Below, piece by piece: positions 26,705 to 40,080 of a stretch of DNA of 64,000 nt (position 1 is the first letter of the stretch; every line of letters starts with the position of its first letter). Source of the stretch: the human T2T-CHM13v2.0 reference genome, Homo sapiens; NCBI RefSeq assembly GCF_009914755.1, contig NC_060944.1; one strand, given 5' to 3'. Both the position numbers and the translations under genes were made by a program. The notes below the pieces were generated by a model, which was not told where the DNA came from, did not search any database, and was given only the letters and a program-made list of their open reading frames with translations.

Positions 26705-27490
26705 CCATGTAACTGCCTCAGAGTCTTGGTTACAAACAGAAACTACGTTCAGTTAAATTAAGCAGTAGAGGAATGTATTGACTGGGTGAAAGGTAGTTGA
26801 TACAATCAAGAGAAAAGCTATGGAACCATGATCAAAAAAAATAGGAAGAAGTTTAAGGAACTGGGCAGGTTAGAAGAGTAAACAAGGTCATCCTGAAGGA
26901 GTAGCCAGGTTAGGAGATGTGGGTCATGAATGCAGCAGATTACACCACAGCAAGGTCACCCTAGACCTTGAATGTGCAGATGATACCACAGCCACAACCA
27001 CCATAGACCTCGAATGCTACAGATGACACCAAAGCCATGGCCACCCTAGATCTTGAATGCTTTAGGCAACACTGCCACTCTTGCCACTAGAGACTGGATG
27101 TACAAGCTGACACTGTCACATTGTCATCTGTGTGGTCCCTGGATGCAAGAGTTGATGTCAAGTCCACTGCCATCTCCAAACCTGAACACCGAGACTAGCA
27201 CCACCCTGGCCAACCACCCTGAGGCTCTGGATGCTGGAGCTCTTATCTGGAACTGCCACTAGCATTATAATCATGTTGAACACTATCCTCTCCCCTGCTT
27301 CCAGACTAGATTCTAAACAATCCCTGCCTCCTGATCCACTAGTTTCAGATTCTAGGACAGGCTTTTCTGAGGTCAAGCCCACATTCCACTCACTGGAGAC
27401 AGTGGGCATCTGGTCTTCTATAATTTTTCTAGTGGAGACAAGTGCTGTCTCCTTGCAAGGCTCACATTGTGCAATTCCCAAGCAGAGCAA
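26705..27490 (-). mobile_element. Very old MLT1-like LTR containing a degenerate ~43-bp array
   Basis: Starts 'tcttggttacaaacagaaact...ttaagcagtagaggaatgtattg', typical of late MLT1 termini; boundaries uncertain. Confidence 0.45.
26928..27270. repeat. Degenerate ~42-45-bp tandem array, about 8 units
   Basis: Units start g(a/g)atg and share 'cagatgacaccacagcc...caccctagacct'. Confidence 0.8.
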
Positions 27491-28045
27491 GGAGGGGCAG
27501 ATACTGTTCAGAGTGAAGCACCCTGATGCCCAGCACAGTCACCCACAGGGGAGCTTGTTCAAGCACCAGGATTCTGGTGCTGTCACCTCAGTAACCACAT
27601 ATTCCTGACTCCATTCAACAGGCAACATCCATCACCTGCATCGTGGCTTTGTCATCTGTCCTTAGATGTCCAGCAAGGACTTTCCTTCAGCAACAGCTGG
27701 CCAAGCACTGTTGATAGGGACTGATGACTGCTCTGCCTAAAGTTCTTCTCAGTGCCCACCTAACTTAGGCCACGTGGCCTTGTCTCCACCTCTAAACTCA
27801 AGAGAAGGCAGTGGGGCCTAGGAGTCCTAATGAGGAAGTGCTAATGGGAAGGTGAATCTCTTTCATCTGAATCAGGGAGATTTGCCTGAGCAGACTAGCT
27901 AAAATGTTTTAACATTTTATTATAGAGAATCTTGAACATACAATGGCATCCAATCCATGAATAATTCTGCTCTTTCTACACCCCCTTCTGTATACCCCGG
28001 GCATCCCATCAATTCATTTCACTTATAAATAGTTCAGTGTGTATC

Positions 28046-29035
28046 TGTAGTGTTTGAGGTCACACAATACACACAAGATTACTCTCACTTCTGACACCTA
28101 CTGCAAAATTAGAGATGCGGGGGTGCTCCGCAAACCACCCTCAGGTTAGATAATTCATTAGAAGGACTCAAAGAACTCAATGATAGCTACTATGCTAATG
28201 GTTATGGTTTGTTACAGGCAAAGGATCCAGATTAAATTCAACCAAGGGAAGAGCACCTAGGGCGTGGTGTAGGAGTGTTTCAACCGCAGAGCTTCTGTTG
28301 TCTTCTCCCCATAGGGTCATGGGTAGCACTACTTTCCTGGTATTGGTTGTGCTATGGACTGAATGTTTGTTCTCCTTCTCAATGCCTATGTTGAAGCGCT
28401 GACCCCTAATATAATCATATTAGGAGGTAAGGACTTTGGAAGAAAATTAAGTTAGGTGAGGTCATGAGGGTGAAGCCTTAATGGTATTAGTGTCTCCATA
28501 AGAAGAGGAAGAGACCAGAGCCACTCTCTCTCCACAATGTGAAACTCAGTAAGAAAGCAGATATCTGAAAGTCAGGAAGAGAGCCCTCACCAGAACCAGA
28601 TCATGCTGGCACCCTGATATCAAACTTCCAGCCTCCAGAACCATGATAAATAAATTTCCATTGTATACACTACCCAATCTGATATTTTATACAGAAGCTG
28701 AGGCATACTAATACAATGTGTGACAATATGCACAGAGTATTGACAACCTGAGAAGCTCATCTGAGCTTTAGTGTCCACCTTCTTTACTGGGGATCCATGG
28801 TCAACTGCCCATGTGGCTGACCTCAGACTCAGCCCCTCCAGAGATCAAATTGATATTACATGACTCAAGGCCCCCACCATAAATCACAAATTTAGACTTT
28901 CTGGGTGGTCAGCCCCAGTCTCAAACTAAGACCCTCCTATTAGGCATGACATTCCAAGGGTTTAGATTACCTCCCCGAAGCTTGGGGCAAAAGCCAGACC
29001 CTCTCTTAGGGCAAAGTTAGATTCTCTACTACACA
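28046..29035 (-). mobile_element. MER21-like ERVL LTR containing a nested MLT1
   Basis: 'cacttctgacacctactgcaa...gataattcattagaaggactcaaagaactca'...'gggcaaagttagattctctactacaca'; near-TSD gtatc / atatc. Confidence 0.8.
28350..28715 (+). mobile_element. MLT1A/MST-type solo LTR
   Basis: 'tgctatggactgaatgtttgt'...'cttccagcctccagaaccatgataaataaatttcc'...'actaataca'. Confidence 0.88.
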
Positions 29036-30349
29036 ATATCTCTGAATAAATAGAACCATTTTAATATGCATAACTACTATACAATTATCACACCTAAAAT
29101 ATTTACAATAATTTCTTAATGTCTTCAAATATCTAGTCAGTGTTCACATTTCCACTAATTTCCTAAGTGTCATATGGTTAACCGTTTCTCTGTTTGTTGT
29201 TTGAATTGGAATCCAAATAAGCTTTGCATGTTAGTTGATATAAATTTTAGAGTATCTTATTCTATAGGATCCCCCTCCATACCTTTTCCTTGCCATTTAT
29301 TTTATTAAATAAACTGGTAGAATTTTCCACAATCTGGATTTCACTGATTGCCTCCCCATGGTGTGTTTTAACATGTTCCTCTGTTCCCTGTATTTCTTTG
29401 TAAATTGGCAGCTGGTTCTAAAGACTCAACCAGATTCATGTTCAGTTGATTTAGGCTGGACTACTTCATATGTGGTGGTATCCAATCCCTTGGGGGAGCC
29501 CTGCTACCTGGAATTTCTATTTATGTGATTTGGGGAATCACTGATGGTCATTGCTTAGATCCATTAGTTCACTAGGGGTTGAGGAATGAACTAGATAAAA
29601 TTAATCCTGAGCTGGGCCTGTGATCACACAGAGCTCTCCACTCCTTCCCATCCCCACATTTTTCACCCTACAGCTCAGGTATAGGAGGAGCCTATGTTTC
29701 TGCCTGTGAAAATGTTCCATTACTAATTTGTTGGGGACAACGATCATTCAGTTTTATTTTCTCACATCATGGGAGATGTTTTCTATCTCTGCAGGTCCAC
29801 AGGTATCTCCACTGCTGCTAGGATGGGGACTCCACGTCATAGCTCTTAGTGTGGTGCGGCAGAGAATCACAGACCCCTGTCTTTGCTGGAGGCTCCATGA
29901 ATTGATATTTCTTTACCCACTACTTCTACCTTTGCATGATTTCCTCAGAGAAACCCACAGTGTTTCATGCTGCAGTTGTGTGACTTTGTGAACTGAAGTG
30001 TTGTAAAGAAGCTATAATAGGGCAGTTTGGGAGAACAAAGGGGGCTTCTCCCCTCCCTCACCCTACACTAGGGCCTTGCAGACCCAGCCTTTAGGCAAGA
30101 CTACACATATAGCTGCTCCTCTCCCAACCTCCCTTCCACCTTGCAGTCCCACCAGTCAAACCACACAGTCCTTACGTCACATCTCCTTCTCTTGGGAGAT
30201 TTCAGCTTCTCCCTCCTTGTTAACATCCCCAGCCCTATTTACAAATGATCAGGCTCATTTGGGCCACAGTGGTCTTCTCTCATTCTTGTGGGATCTGTAC
30301 ATCCAGCCTCAGTGAGGTTCCAGCCCCTCTACAGGAAGAGAAGAGTTCT

Positions 30350-30500
30350 ATCTCCCCACATTGCTGTTTATAGCTGAGAAACCTAAGAGGGAGAGGAGTT
30401 AAATGACTTGCCCTAGGTTGCACAGCTGGAAAAGAGTGAAGTCAGAATTTAAACTCAGGTCTGCCTCATCCCAAAGTCTATACTTTTCCCATCCCATATC
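30350..30500 (-). mobile_element. MIR
   Basis: 'gttaaatgacttgccctaggttgcacagctgg...gtcagaatttaaactcaggtctgcct'. Confidence 0.8.
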
Positions 30501-30564
30501 CTATGTTATAAGCTATTAATACCTGGAGTTAAGAATAACGAAATTGCAGGTCAAAAGTCTTTGA

Positions 30565-30855
30565 GGCCAGGTGTGGTGGCTCATGCCTGTAATTCCAGAG
30601 CTTTAGGAGGCTGAGGTGGGTGGAGTGTTTGAGGCCAGGAGTTCGAGATCAGCCTGGCCAACATAGCAAAACCCCGTCTGTACTAAAAACATACAAAAAT
30701 TAGCTGAGCATAGTGGCACGTGCCTGTGGTCCCAGCTACTCCAGGGCTGAGACACGAGAGTTGCTTGAACTTGGGAGGTGGAGGTTGCAGTAAGCTGAGA
30801 TTGTGCCACTGCACTCCAGCCTGGGTGACAGAGTGAGACTCTGTCTCAAAAAAAA
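30565..30855 (+). mobile_element. Alu (AluSz/Jb-like), full length
   Basis: Both arms and a short A tail; near-TSD aaaagtctttga / aaaatctttga. Confidence 0.96.
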
Positions 30856-32002
30856 TCTTTGACTAGGTGCTTTTTTATATATAATTACAGTAAAAGGCAG
30901 GCAGGCTCAGGGCACAGGGGCCCGTGTGGGAGAAAATATAGATGACTGAACCTGGTGCCACAGGGGGATGCTTCTCAGGGTGAATGACGGGAGAGGGCAG
31001 TGATGCCCAGCAGGGTGACCCTGGGAACATTCTACAGATCTGCACATGGCTAGAGAGAGAACGGGAGGGTGAATGTTTTGTTCAGTTTTAGTCTTGTGAA
31101 AAATACATTAAAAAATTGTAGTCTGGGAAAATGGAACATGAGTCAGCTGAAAACTCAGAATTATTGAGGGGTGGTGGTCCTTTCCTGTGCCACCTAGTGA
31201 CAAAATGAAAGAAGGCGTAGTTGAACATCAGACTGATTTAATTGTACTCATGAAATGCTGACCTTTAGAACCATTAGATGCTCTGGGCTTTGGGGACACC
31301 TGAAAATATCTGCAAACACTTCAGTGTACTACTCTGCAGGCTCTATTGTTTACTCTTTCCCCAACATGGAGATGAGCCATCACTCTGGGAATATGACTCG
31401 CTTGACCACCACTGGGCTCTGTGCCTGCAATGCTGAGGGCAGCACAGCAGGGTCCTCTGAGGAGGGGATGAGCAGGTGGAGACAGCCCAGCTGCTGGGGA
31501 CTGCAGCACCACCTGAAGTGGCTGCACAGATGCAGCTCCTGTAGCACTGCCTGGTCGAGGGCAGTGGTGAATGTGTTAGGGGTCAATGTGTGTTTGTGGC
31601 GGCATGCTAAGAAATGTTATATTTATCAAAGTAAAAGTATTGAGAGGGATAAATAATTCTTCCTATAGTAAAATAGGGTGTTCTGTCCAAGATTTATTGT
31701 CATCTTCATGCTTTCGATAGAATAATAATTTGAAAGTATACAAAAAAACATGATTTTTATTTCTATCCATTGTATGTTACACAGCAGCCATTTTACAAAA
31801 ATTGCTAGGGGAAGGGGGAGGTGGAGATGCCCTCTCAGGAAAGAGGCTTTGATTAAAAGGAAGTCCTGGATGGCAGGAAGTGGAAATGAAAGCCCCAGGG
31901 AACTGTGGGGAGGAGGAGTAATGATGGGGAAGATGGTGAGATGTACATCCTGATCCTCTCCAACCTGGGTCAGGGGAAATGTAGAGGCAGAGGGACACTA
32001 GC

Positions 32003-34270
32003 TGTATTAGTCTGTTCTCATGCTGCTATGAAGAAATACCCAAGACTGGCTAATATATAAAGGAAAGAGGTTTAATTGATTCAGAGTTCTGCATTGCTGG
32101 GGATACCTCAGGAAACTTACAATCATGGTGGAAGGCAAAGGAGAAATAGGCACATTCTTCACAGGGTGGCAAGACAGAGTGAGTACAAGCAAGGGAAATG
32201 CCAGACGCTTATAAAACCATCAGATCTCATGAGACTCACTCACTGTCATGAGGACAGCATGGGGGTAACTGCCTCCATGTTTCAATTATCTCTGCCTGGT
32301 TCCACCCTTGACACCAGGGGATTATGCAGATTATAATTCAAGGTGAGATTTGGGTGGGGCATAGAGCCAAAACATATCATTCCACCCCTGGCACCTCCCA
32401 AATCTCATGACCTCACATTTCAAAACACAATCAAGCCTTTCCAACAGTCACACAAAGTCTTAACTCATTCCAGCATTAACCTAAAAGTCCAAGTCCAAAG
32501 TCCCATCTGAGACAAGGCAAGTCCCTTCTGCCTATCCTGTAAAATCAAAAGCAAGTTAGATACTTCCTAGATACAATGGGGATACAGGAATTGGGTAGGT
32601 ACACTCATTCTTAATGGGAGAAATTGACCAAAACAAAGGGGCTACAGGCCACATGCACGTCCAAAATGCAATAGGGCAGTCATTAAACCTTAAAATTCCA
32701 AAATGATCTCCTTTGACTTCATGTCTCACATCCAGGTCATGCTGATGCAAGAGGTGGGCTCCCATGGCCTTAGGCAGCTTTGGCCCTGTGGCTTTGCAGG
32801 GTACAGTGCCCCTCCTGGCTGCTTTCATGGCTGGCCTTGGGTGTCTGTGGCTTTACCAGGTTCACAGCACAAGCTGTAAGTGGATCTGCCATTCTGAGGT
32901 CTGGAGGATGGTGGCTGTCGTCTCACAGCTCCACTAGGCAGTGCCACAGTGGAGACTTTAACCCCACATTTCCCGTCCATACTGCCCTAGCAGAGGTTCT
33001 CCATGAAAGTTCTGCTCCTGCAGCAAACTCTGCCTGAACATCCAGGCCTTTCCATACATCCTCTGAAATCTAGGGGGAGGTTCCCAAACCTCAGTTCTTG
33101 TCTTCTGTGTACCCACAGGCCCAACACCACATGGAAGCTAAGACGACTTGTGGCTTACACCCTCTGAAGCCATGGACTGAGCTGTACCTTGACCCCTTTT
33201 AGCCAAGGCTGGAGCTGAAGCAGCTGGGAGGCTGGGCACAATGTCTCCAGGCTGCATAGAGTAGTGGGGGGGCCCTGGGTCTGGCCTGGGAAACCATTTT
33301 TCCCTCCTAGGCCTCCAGGCCTGTGATGGGAGAGGCTGCCATGAAGGTCTCTGACATGCCCTGGAGATATTTTCCCCATTGTCTTGGCGATTAACATTTA
33401 GCTCCTTGTTACTTATGCAAATTTCTGCAGCTGGCTTGAATTTCTCCCCCAGAAAAATGGTATTTTCTTTTCTATCACATCCTCAGGCTGCAAATTTTCC
33501 AAACTTTTATGCTCTGCTTCTTCTTGAATGCTTTGCTGCTTAGAAATTTCTTCCACCAGATACCCTAAATCATCTCTCTCAAGTTCAAAGTTCCACAAAT
33601 CTCTAGGGCAGGGGCAAAATGCTGCCAGTTTCTTTGTATAACAAGAGTGACCTTTACTTCAGTTCCCAACAAGTTCCTCATCTCCATCTCAGACCACCTC
33701 AGCCTGAACTTCATTATCCATATCACTATCAGCATTTTGGTCAAAGCCATTCAACAAGTCTCTAGGAAGTTCCAAACTTTCCCACATTTTCCTGTCTTCT
33801 TCTGAGCCCTCTAAACTGTTCCAATCTCTGCCTGCTACCCAGTTCCAAAGTTGCTTCCAAATTTTTGGGTACCATCCCACTCTCTGTGGTACCAATTTAC
33901 TGTATTAGTCCATTCTCATACTGCTGTAAGAAATACCTGGGACTGGATAATTTATAAAGGAAAGTTTAATTGACTCACCATTCCACATGGCTGGGGAGGC
34001 CTCAGGAAACTTACAATCATGTTAGAAGGCAAAGGAGAAATGGGCAGCTTCTTTACAAGGTGGCAGGGTGGAGTGAGTGCAAGCAGGAGAAATGCCAGAT
34101 GCTTATAAAATCGTCAGATCTCCTGAGACTCACTATCACAAGAACAGCATGGGGGAAATCACCCTAATGATCTGATTACCTCCACCTGTTCCTGCCCTTG
34201 ACACATGGGGATTATGGGGATTACAATTCAAGGTGAGATTTGGGTGGGGACACAGAGCTGAACCATATCA
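32003..34270 (-). mobile_element. Complete THE1D/MSTA-type MaLR provirus (LTR 32003-32379, internal 32380-33900, LTR 33901-34270)
   Basis: Two LTRs 'tgtattagtc...catatca'; internal gag-like remnants (WNFELERDDLGYLVEEISKQQSIQ; WESLELPRDLLNGFDQNADSDMDNEVQAEVV); degenerate TSD ctagc / ctggt. Confidence 0.95.
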
Positions 34271-35689
34271 CTGGTCCTGCATTCCACTTGGAGTTTTAAG
34301 TCCTCTGATTAGGCAAAAAAGGGAAGAAAATTAAGTTAGCACTTCCATGGCCCATTGGTTCCCATGTGGCATGGTCAGAATCCAGGTAGACCCTGGGGAC
34401 CTGAGCAGGGAGAATCAGAGATGAAGCCTTGGGAAGCTGACAGAGGGGTTGCCGTGTTGGGGCAAAGTGGCTTGGTGCATCCAACAGCTACAGAGAATGG
34501 CACCCAGGCTGGAGCTGGATGTGAGTACCAAGAAGATTTCTGCACCACAGTGTTGGGATGGGAGGCCAAGTCAAAGGAGAGGATTCCAGGTTCTGAAGGG
34601 GCCAAGAATCTGGACCACAAGTTTCCCAGCCACAACCGCAGCTTCTGAAAAACCAGGCACCTCAAGAACAGACAGTTGAGGGCCTCTCCAAGGAGGCCAC
34701 AGGAGCCACAGCTGCGTAAGACCTGCATGCAGCCTGACTTTTACAGTTAATATTTTAGAATTTTAAAGGCATATAATGTAGAAATAATTTTTAAAAACTA
34801 TTTGCTGTTAGGCAATGACTTCTTTTCGTGTTTTTTTTAATGAGCCATTTTGAAACTCCAAGAGGCTTGGGGGCCATAAGAACCTCAGATTACCTTAGGA
34901 AAGAATTAGTTAATATTAAAAGTCCCTCCAAAAGAGAGAAGCGTTCACAGCCTGAAATTTCAGTCCAGCATTTTTATTTACCAGGAGACATGGGCCCTGA
35001 GACTTTTTTTACAGGTATTAAATTACAGTGTTCCTCTGTTGATTCCTCAATGCAATAAAAGGCAGAAAGATAATCACCAAGAAAAACATTAGAATTGTGT
35101 ATAAAAGGCTCTCAAGATCAGAGAGACCAACTGGCAAATACCATCAATGCTTTTTTCCCCCACCGAGGTTGCCTTGAGCTCTGTGGGCTGTCAAGACCCA
35201 GGTTTCAAACTACTCAGAGATAGACACAATGAGTCTTGAGACTTTGGGTCTCTTCCTCTTTAAACAGAAGGTTAGACTATCTGGGTTGTGTGAAGAGCAG
35301 CTGCATCTTCTTAGCTGGAGACATAGAGGTATTGAGTTGATTCAGGGAGTGTGTGCAGGAGGATGTATATGGGTGATGAGTAGCTGGAGAGTTGAACATG
35401 CCAGGAACATGTTGTCTCTTCACTCCCCACTCATTCTTCTGTACTCTTCCTCATGGGCTGGGGCTGGGACTCATGTACGGTCTGCCTGCTGCTCTGCAGG
35501 TCTCCATCAGAAGGGGCATAGAGGAAGACCACAAGGAGGGGAAAAAGGCCTGCTCTTTCTCATTTGCTCCTTGTTCCTGTCTGCAGTTTCCCCGCCTTTC
35601 TTCTCCACACTAGTGGTGACTGCCCCTACAGCAGCAGCTGAATCTAGTTTGCCGTTTTCCCAGCAGTAACAAAACCAGCTTTTTCATGC

Positions 35690-36025
35690 TCCATTCCAGA
35701 CACCAGCACCAGCTGGCCTGTGCAGCCTCCTCAGATGTCTTTATCCAGCCCCACAGGGCCACGCCTCTGAGCTCAGAGGCACCAACACAAACTGTCTGAT
35801 GTTCCCTCCTCAGTGGTGATACTGGTAGTTTTACCTTCATGGGACCCTTCCTCTAAGCATCTATGTTTTAATAATTCTACCTCTTCTTGGTGTCCCTCCA
35901 GTCCTAGAAGTGGGCACTGCTTCCTGCTGTTGCTGTCTCCATGATGACTTTGTGTTCTCTTTTTGCCTTTTCATGGCTCTAATCCCCAGGTAATAATTCT
36001 TTATACTAAGTTCTCTTTGTGAGGA
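35690..36025 (+). mobile_element. LTR33-like ERVL LTR fragment
   Basis: 'ccacgcctctgagctcagaggcacca...gcttcctgctgttgct...taattctttatactaagttctct'. Confidence 0.55.
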
Positions 36026-37090
36026 GAACCATCTCTGACTGGGTCATAATTGATAAGATGAGGAGCATCCAGAGGTAAAGAAGGGATGAGCAACGTGGCA
36101 TTGCTTGCACTGGCATTCTTATGTGAGTCTACACCTAGAGACATCTGGCTCCAGTGTATGTCCACCGTTAGGGACTCTGACGGGTGTTCCCTGACTTGCT
36201 TCCCATCTGCTGCCAATCTTAAAGAGCCAGTTCATTTTTCCCTTTTGGGAATGTCTCTAGCCTCTGCTCAGCCTTCAGGCACAACCAATCACATGACCCC
36301 AGAAGGGGAAGACATTCTTCTACTCATCCCAGTGTAAGGCCTGTTTTCCCAGGCAACATATTGCATCCACTGTAGATGTCTTCCCAGGGGCTTAGAAAAA
36401 ACTCTCTCTCTACTTGTGGGAGTGTGTTTGCTGTCTGGTTCTCACAAGTCAATTATTCTAGAACAAAGGGATCAACATCCAAACACATTGGGTTATCCAG
36501 GCTTTGAAATACCCAGGGATAGAAAGACTACCCAGAATGTGTTGGGCTCCCAGCTCAGTTAATTTTAATTTTGTCCTCAGCATGAGGTACAAACCAGCCT
36601 CCATCACTACATTCAACTTCTAGTCTGCTCACAGAAATTCACACATAACTCATTAAGTACAAGCAATAACATGGCAGTTTAAATTCATACTGGGAATATA
36701 TACATTTTTCCCATTTAAGCAACAAATCCTATAGGCATAACTCTGGTAGAACACATGACAACTTTATGTTCCCCAAGAAAACCCAAAGCCTCACTCCCAA
36801 TGACATGATTCCCCACAAAGAACACTGAAGTTAACAGTGGTTCCCCCGAAGAACACCAGGTGTGCCCTTGATTTATATGTGCCCAACTTAAAGGGCCATT
36901 ATGTTGATTTTCTCCTAAGAGTAAAACAGATACTACTTCTTTTGAGTTAGAGAATGACTGAGCCTTTAAGTCAGTTTTTACGGTCACAGGGAGAAGAAAA
37001 GTGTTATTCTCACTTAGCTTAGGAAAAATGCAGAATCCCTTTAGGGGGACAGGTATTCTGTAATTTAGTTAAGTAATCATAATGGGTGCT

Positions 37091-37519
37091 TGTACTGGGT
37101 TGAATATTATCGGTCCCCAAATTCATGTCCATTTAGAACCTCAAAATGTGACCTTATTTGGAAATAGGGTCTTTGCAGATACAATTTACTAATATGAGGT
37201 CATTTTAGATTAGGGTGGGTCTTACTTTAACAACTGATGACATTATGAGAAGAGAAAACAGAGACACACAGGAAGAACATCATGTGACAATTGGAGTGAT
37301 GTGTCTACAGACCAAGGAGTGCCACAGATCACTGTGGCGACCCACAGAAGCTAGAAGAGGCAAGGAAGAATCCTTCCCCCATAAGCTAGAGGGAGCATGG
37401 CCCTGCCAATACTTTGATACCAGATTTCTAGCCTTCAGAGCTGTGAGAAAATAAATTTCTCTTGTTTTATGCCACCAGTTTCTGGTAATACGTTGCAGGA
37501 GCCCTGTGAAACTAATATG
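37091..37519 (+). mobile_element. MLT1B/C solo LTR
   Basis: 'gaacctcaaaatgtgaccttatttggaaatagggtctttgcagat'; near-TSD gtgct / gtgca. Confidence 0.9.
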
Positions 37520-37555
37520 GTGCATTTGATTTTGAAAGATGAGAAACCCTTGAGA

Positions 37556-37682
37556 ATAGTTTTTAAATAATTTTTAAATTTAAATTTTAAATTTAAATTT
37601 TAATTTCCCATTAAATTAATTTAAAATTAAATTTAAATTTTAAATTTAAATTTTTAATTTTTAAAAAATAGTTTTTTAAAAT
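37556..37682. repeat. AT-rich (TTTAAA-type) low-complexity self-complementary tract
   Basis: Almost pure A/T, with repeated tttaaa/aaattt palindromes. Confidence 0.9.
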
Positions 37683-38340
37683 TACAGTTATGGATAATAG
37701 TCTACGGTACAGTAGAAATTTTTAATTTGCCAAATTCTTTGGCAGCTGACTCAGTGAGGAAGGTGAGAGAGAATTTGGGTAGAGGAGAATTTGCAGGAGC
37801 TGATGACAATCCCAGGAAAATTCTTGGAATTCCCACTACACATAATTTAGGATTGGAGCCACTTTATTGGGACACTAAAAGATAGTGTGACTCCAGAAAA
37901 ATGCAGGGCTTGAGACCATCTCATTACATGTGTTTAGAAAATTTTACTTCCCCTTGGAGAACTCAAGGAAATTAAAACACCATTATAAAAGTAATGCTTT
38001 TTTGTTAATGAGGTAAAAGAGGGAGAGAGGTTGGATTTTTTAAAAGCATATTACAATCTTTTGCCAATGAACAGAATCAAGTGAATACTACAGAAAGAAA
38101 TCTGGAAAATCGGAGTTACAAACTTGATGTATTTTGGGACCACGTACTACACAACCATGTCCACAGAAGGAAATGTGTGGTCGAACCACCTCCATTCCTT
38201 CTGTTTGGCTTAATGTGTTTCCTGTGGGACAGGAGAAGCTACTCGACAAGGGAACCAAAAATACACGGCATGATTCATTCATTCTCCATCTCTTTTTCTG
38301 TGCATTTCTCAGATGTTCCGCTAGAGAGCCTGTGTTCTAC

Positions 38341-38823
38341 TCCAAATAGGCAGGATAATGACACCCCCTTCCCTAAAGATGTTCACAACCTAATCCCTGG
38401 AGACTGTGAATATTACCTTACATGTCAAGAGAGGCTTTGCAGATGTGATTAAGGTTGATAACCTTGACATGGGTAAATTATCTTTGATTATACCAGTAGG
38501 CCCAATCTAATCACACAAATCCTTGAAAGCAGGGAATCTTGTCTAATTGTGGTCAGAGAGATGCAGCATTGCTGGCTTTGAAGCTCCAGAGGAAGGGCCA
38601 TGACCCAACAAATGCAGGCAGCCTCTAGAAGGTAGAAAAGGAAAGAAAATGAATTCTCCCATAGAGTCTCCAGAAAGAAACGTAGCCCTCCAACACCTTG
38701 ATTTTATCTCAGTGGGACCCATGTCAAAATAATGACCTACAGAACTGTTAGATATTAAGTTTGTGTTATTTAGCCACAAACTTGACGGTCATTTGTTACA
38801 GCAGCAATAGGAAACAGTAAAGA
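38341..38823 (+). mobile_element. MLT1D-like solo LTR
   Basis: 'cctaatccctggagactgtgaatattaccttacatg...ctttgcagatgtgattaagg'...'tttgttacagcagcaataggaaac'. Confidence 0.88.
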
Positions 38824-39814
38824 CCTAGCAGTATCCCTGTATTTGGCACCCTTTCATCATTCATGGACTGGGATTGTGATGCAAGTTGAACTACTATGTG
38901 CCAGACATCACACTACATATGGTGTCTCATCCCTCAGCACTCAGAAGGAGGCTATGATTATACCTCTCGCTAACAAATACTGTAAACCCTTGGAGGGTGG
39001 TGACTGTGTTGGTCTTACCTCTGCTGGCCTAGACCATGGCCTAATCCAGTGCCTAAAACATGGTAGGTTCTCAATAAAGATTTATCAAATGAAGAAAAGG
39101 ATGTTCAAGGAGGTTATATGGCTTTCTCAGGATCAGGGGACAATATGGTTATAAATCAACACCTATCCATCTAAATAAAGGTCATATAGTTTCTGTTACA
39201 AGGTATAAGCTCCAAAATTATAGTACATGCATATAAAAGCAAGAGTACATAAATTTATTCAGTTTCCAGGGTCCCAGATTCTTTACATACAGTGTTTCAT
39301 TTGGGTCTTATGATGAAGACATTAATTACATGTATTAGATGGATTAGAAAACCAAGGCTCAGAGAGGTTAAGAAACTCTCTCAAATTTTATGAGTAGCTG
39401 AAGCAGAAATAATTTCCAATCCCAAGTCTGTAAACATATTATTTATTTTCATTTTCCTGGGTTCATGAGTTGCTCTATGAAAGCAGAATCTATTATTCTC
39501 TTCGGATATTCTAACTACTCACAATAATCATGATCTTTTGAAGACAGAAACCATATCTATTCCTTTTCTTTTATGTTCAGAGAAAGCTGATTTTATGTAG
39601 CATATCACACACTCAGATGCTATTGACCTATGACAGAATTTACTGGGTTTAATACAGATATCAGAGATATTCTTTTACTAAATAGTGCTATTTAAAAATG
39701 ATAGAAAAACTGGAAGTATGTTTTCCAGACTCTGTCAAGACACTTTTTGGTTGCTTGTCATACAGAAGACACCATATTGAGCATAGAACAAAATCCACCT
39801 GCATGCAGTATTGT

Positions 39815-40080
39815 CTTATGGTTAGATGCATGGGACTTAGTCTGACATGATTGGGTTTGGGTCCCTGAACCACCATTCACTAACTCTGGGACTCTAGCAA
39901 ATTATACTACTTCCATGAACCTCAGTTCTTCATCTATAACAATAGTCCTTACCTATCAGGTTTTTTATTTTTTGCTTGTTTTTTATTTATTTTTAAATTT
40001 GGTTTTGTTCTTTTTTGGTAAGGATTAAGTGGAATAAATCTGAGAAGTTCTTAGCATAGTGTCTAGCTAGTGTTATTATT
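39815..40080 (+). mobile_element. MIR
   Basis: 'cttccatgaacctcagttcttcatctataacaatag...aaggattaagtggaataaatc...cttagcatagtgtctagc'. Confidence 0.75.

Larger units (their letters stand above)
27900..29580 (-). mobile_element. L1MC4/5-like 3' region split by MER21
   Basis: 'cataactactatacaattatcacacctaaaatatttacaataatttcttaatgtcttcaaatatctagtcagtgttcacatttcc'. Confidence 0.7.

Noticed and set aside
26928-27270. CRISPR-like array
   Set aside because: Whole units are homologous, with no constant repeat plus unique spacer and no cas genes
31255-31656. 133-aa ORF in GC-richer unique sequence
   Set aside because: No recognisable homology; similar ORFs occur on both strands; no supported exon boundaries
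34355-35669. Overlapping 97-146-aa ORFs
   Set aside because: No protein family signal; could be lncRNA exons, but the sequence alone cannot support that
38285-38315. Polypyrimidine tract plus CAG acceptor upstream of the MLT1D
   Set aside because: An isolated splice-like motif with no paired donor or transcript evidence
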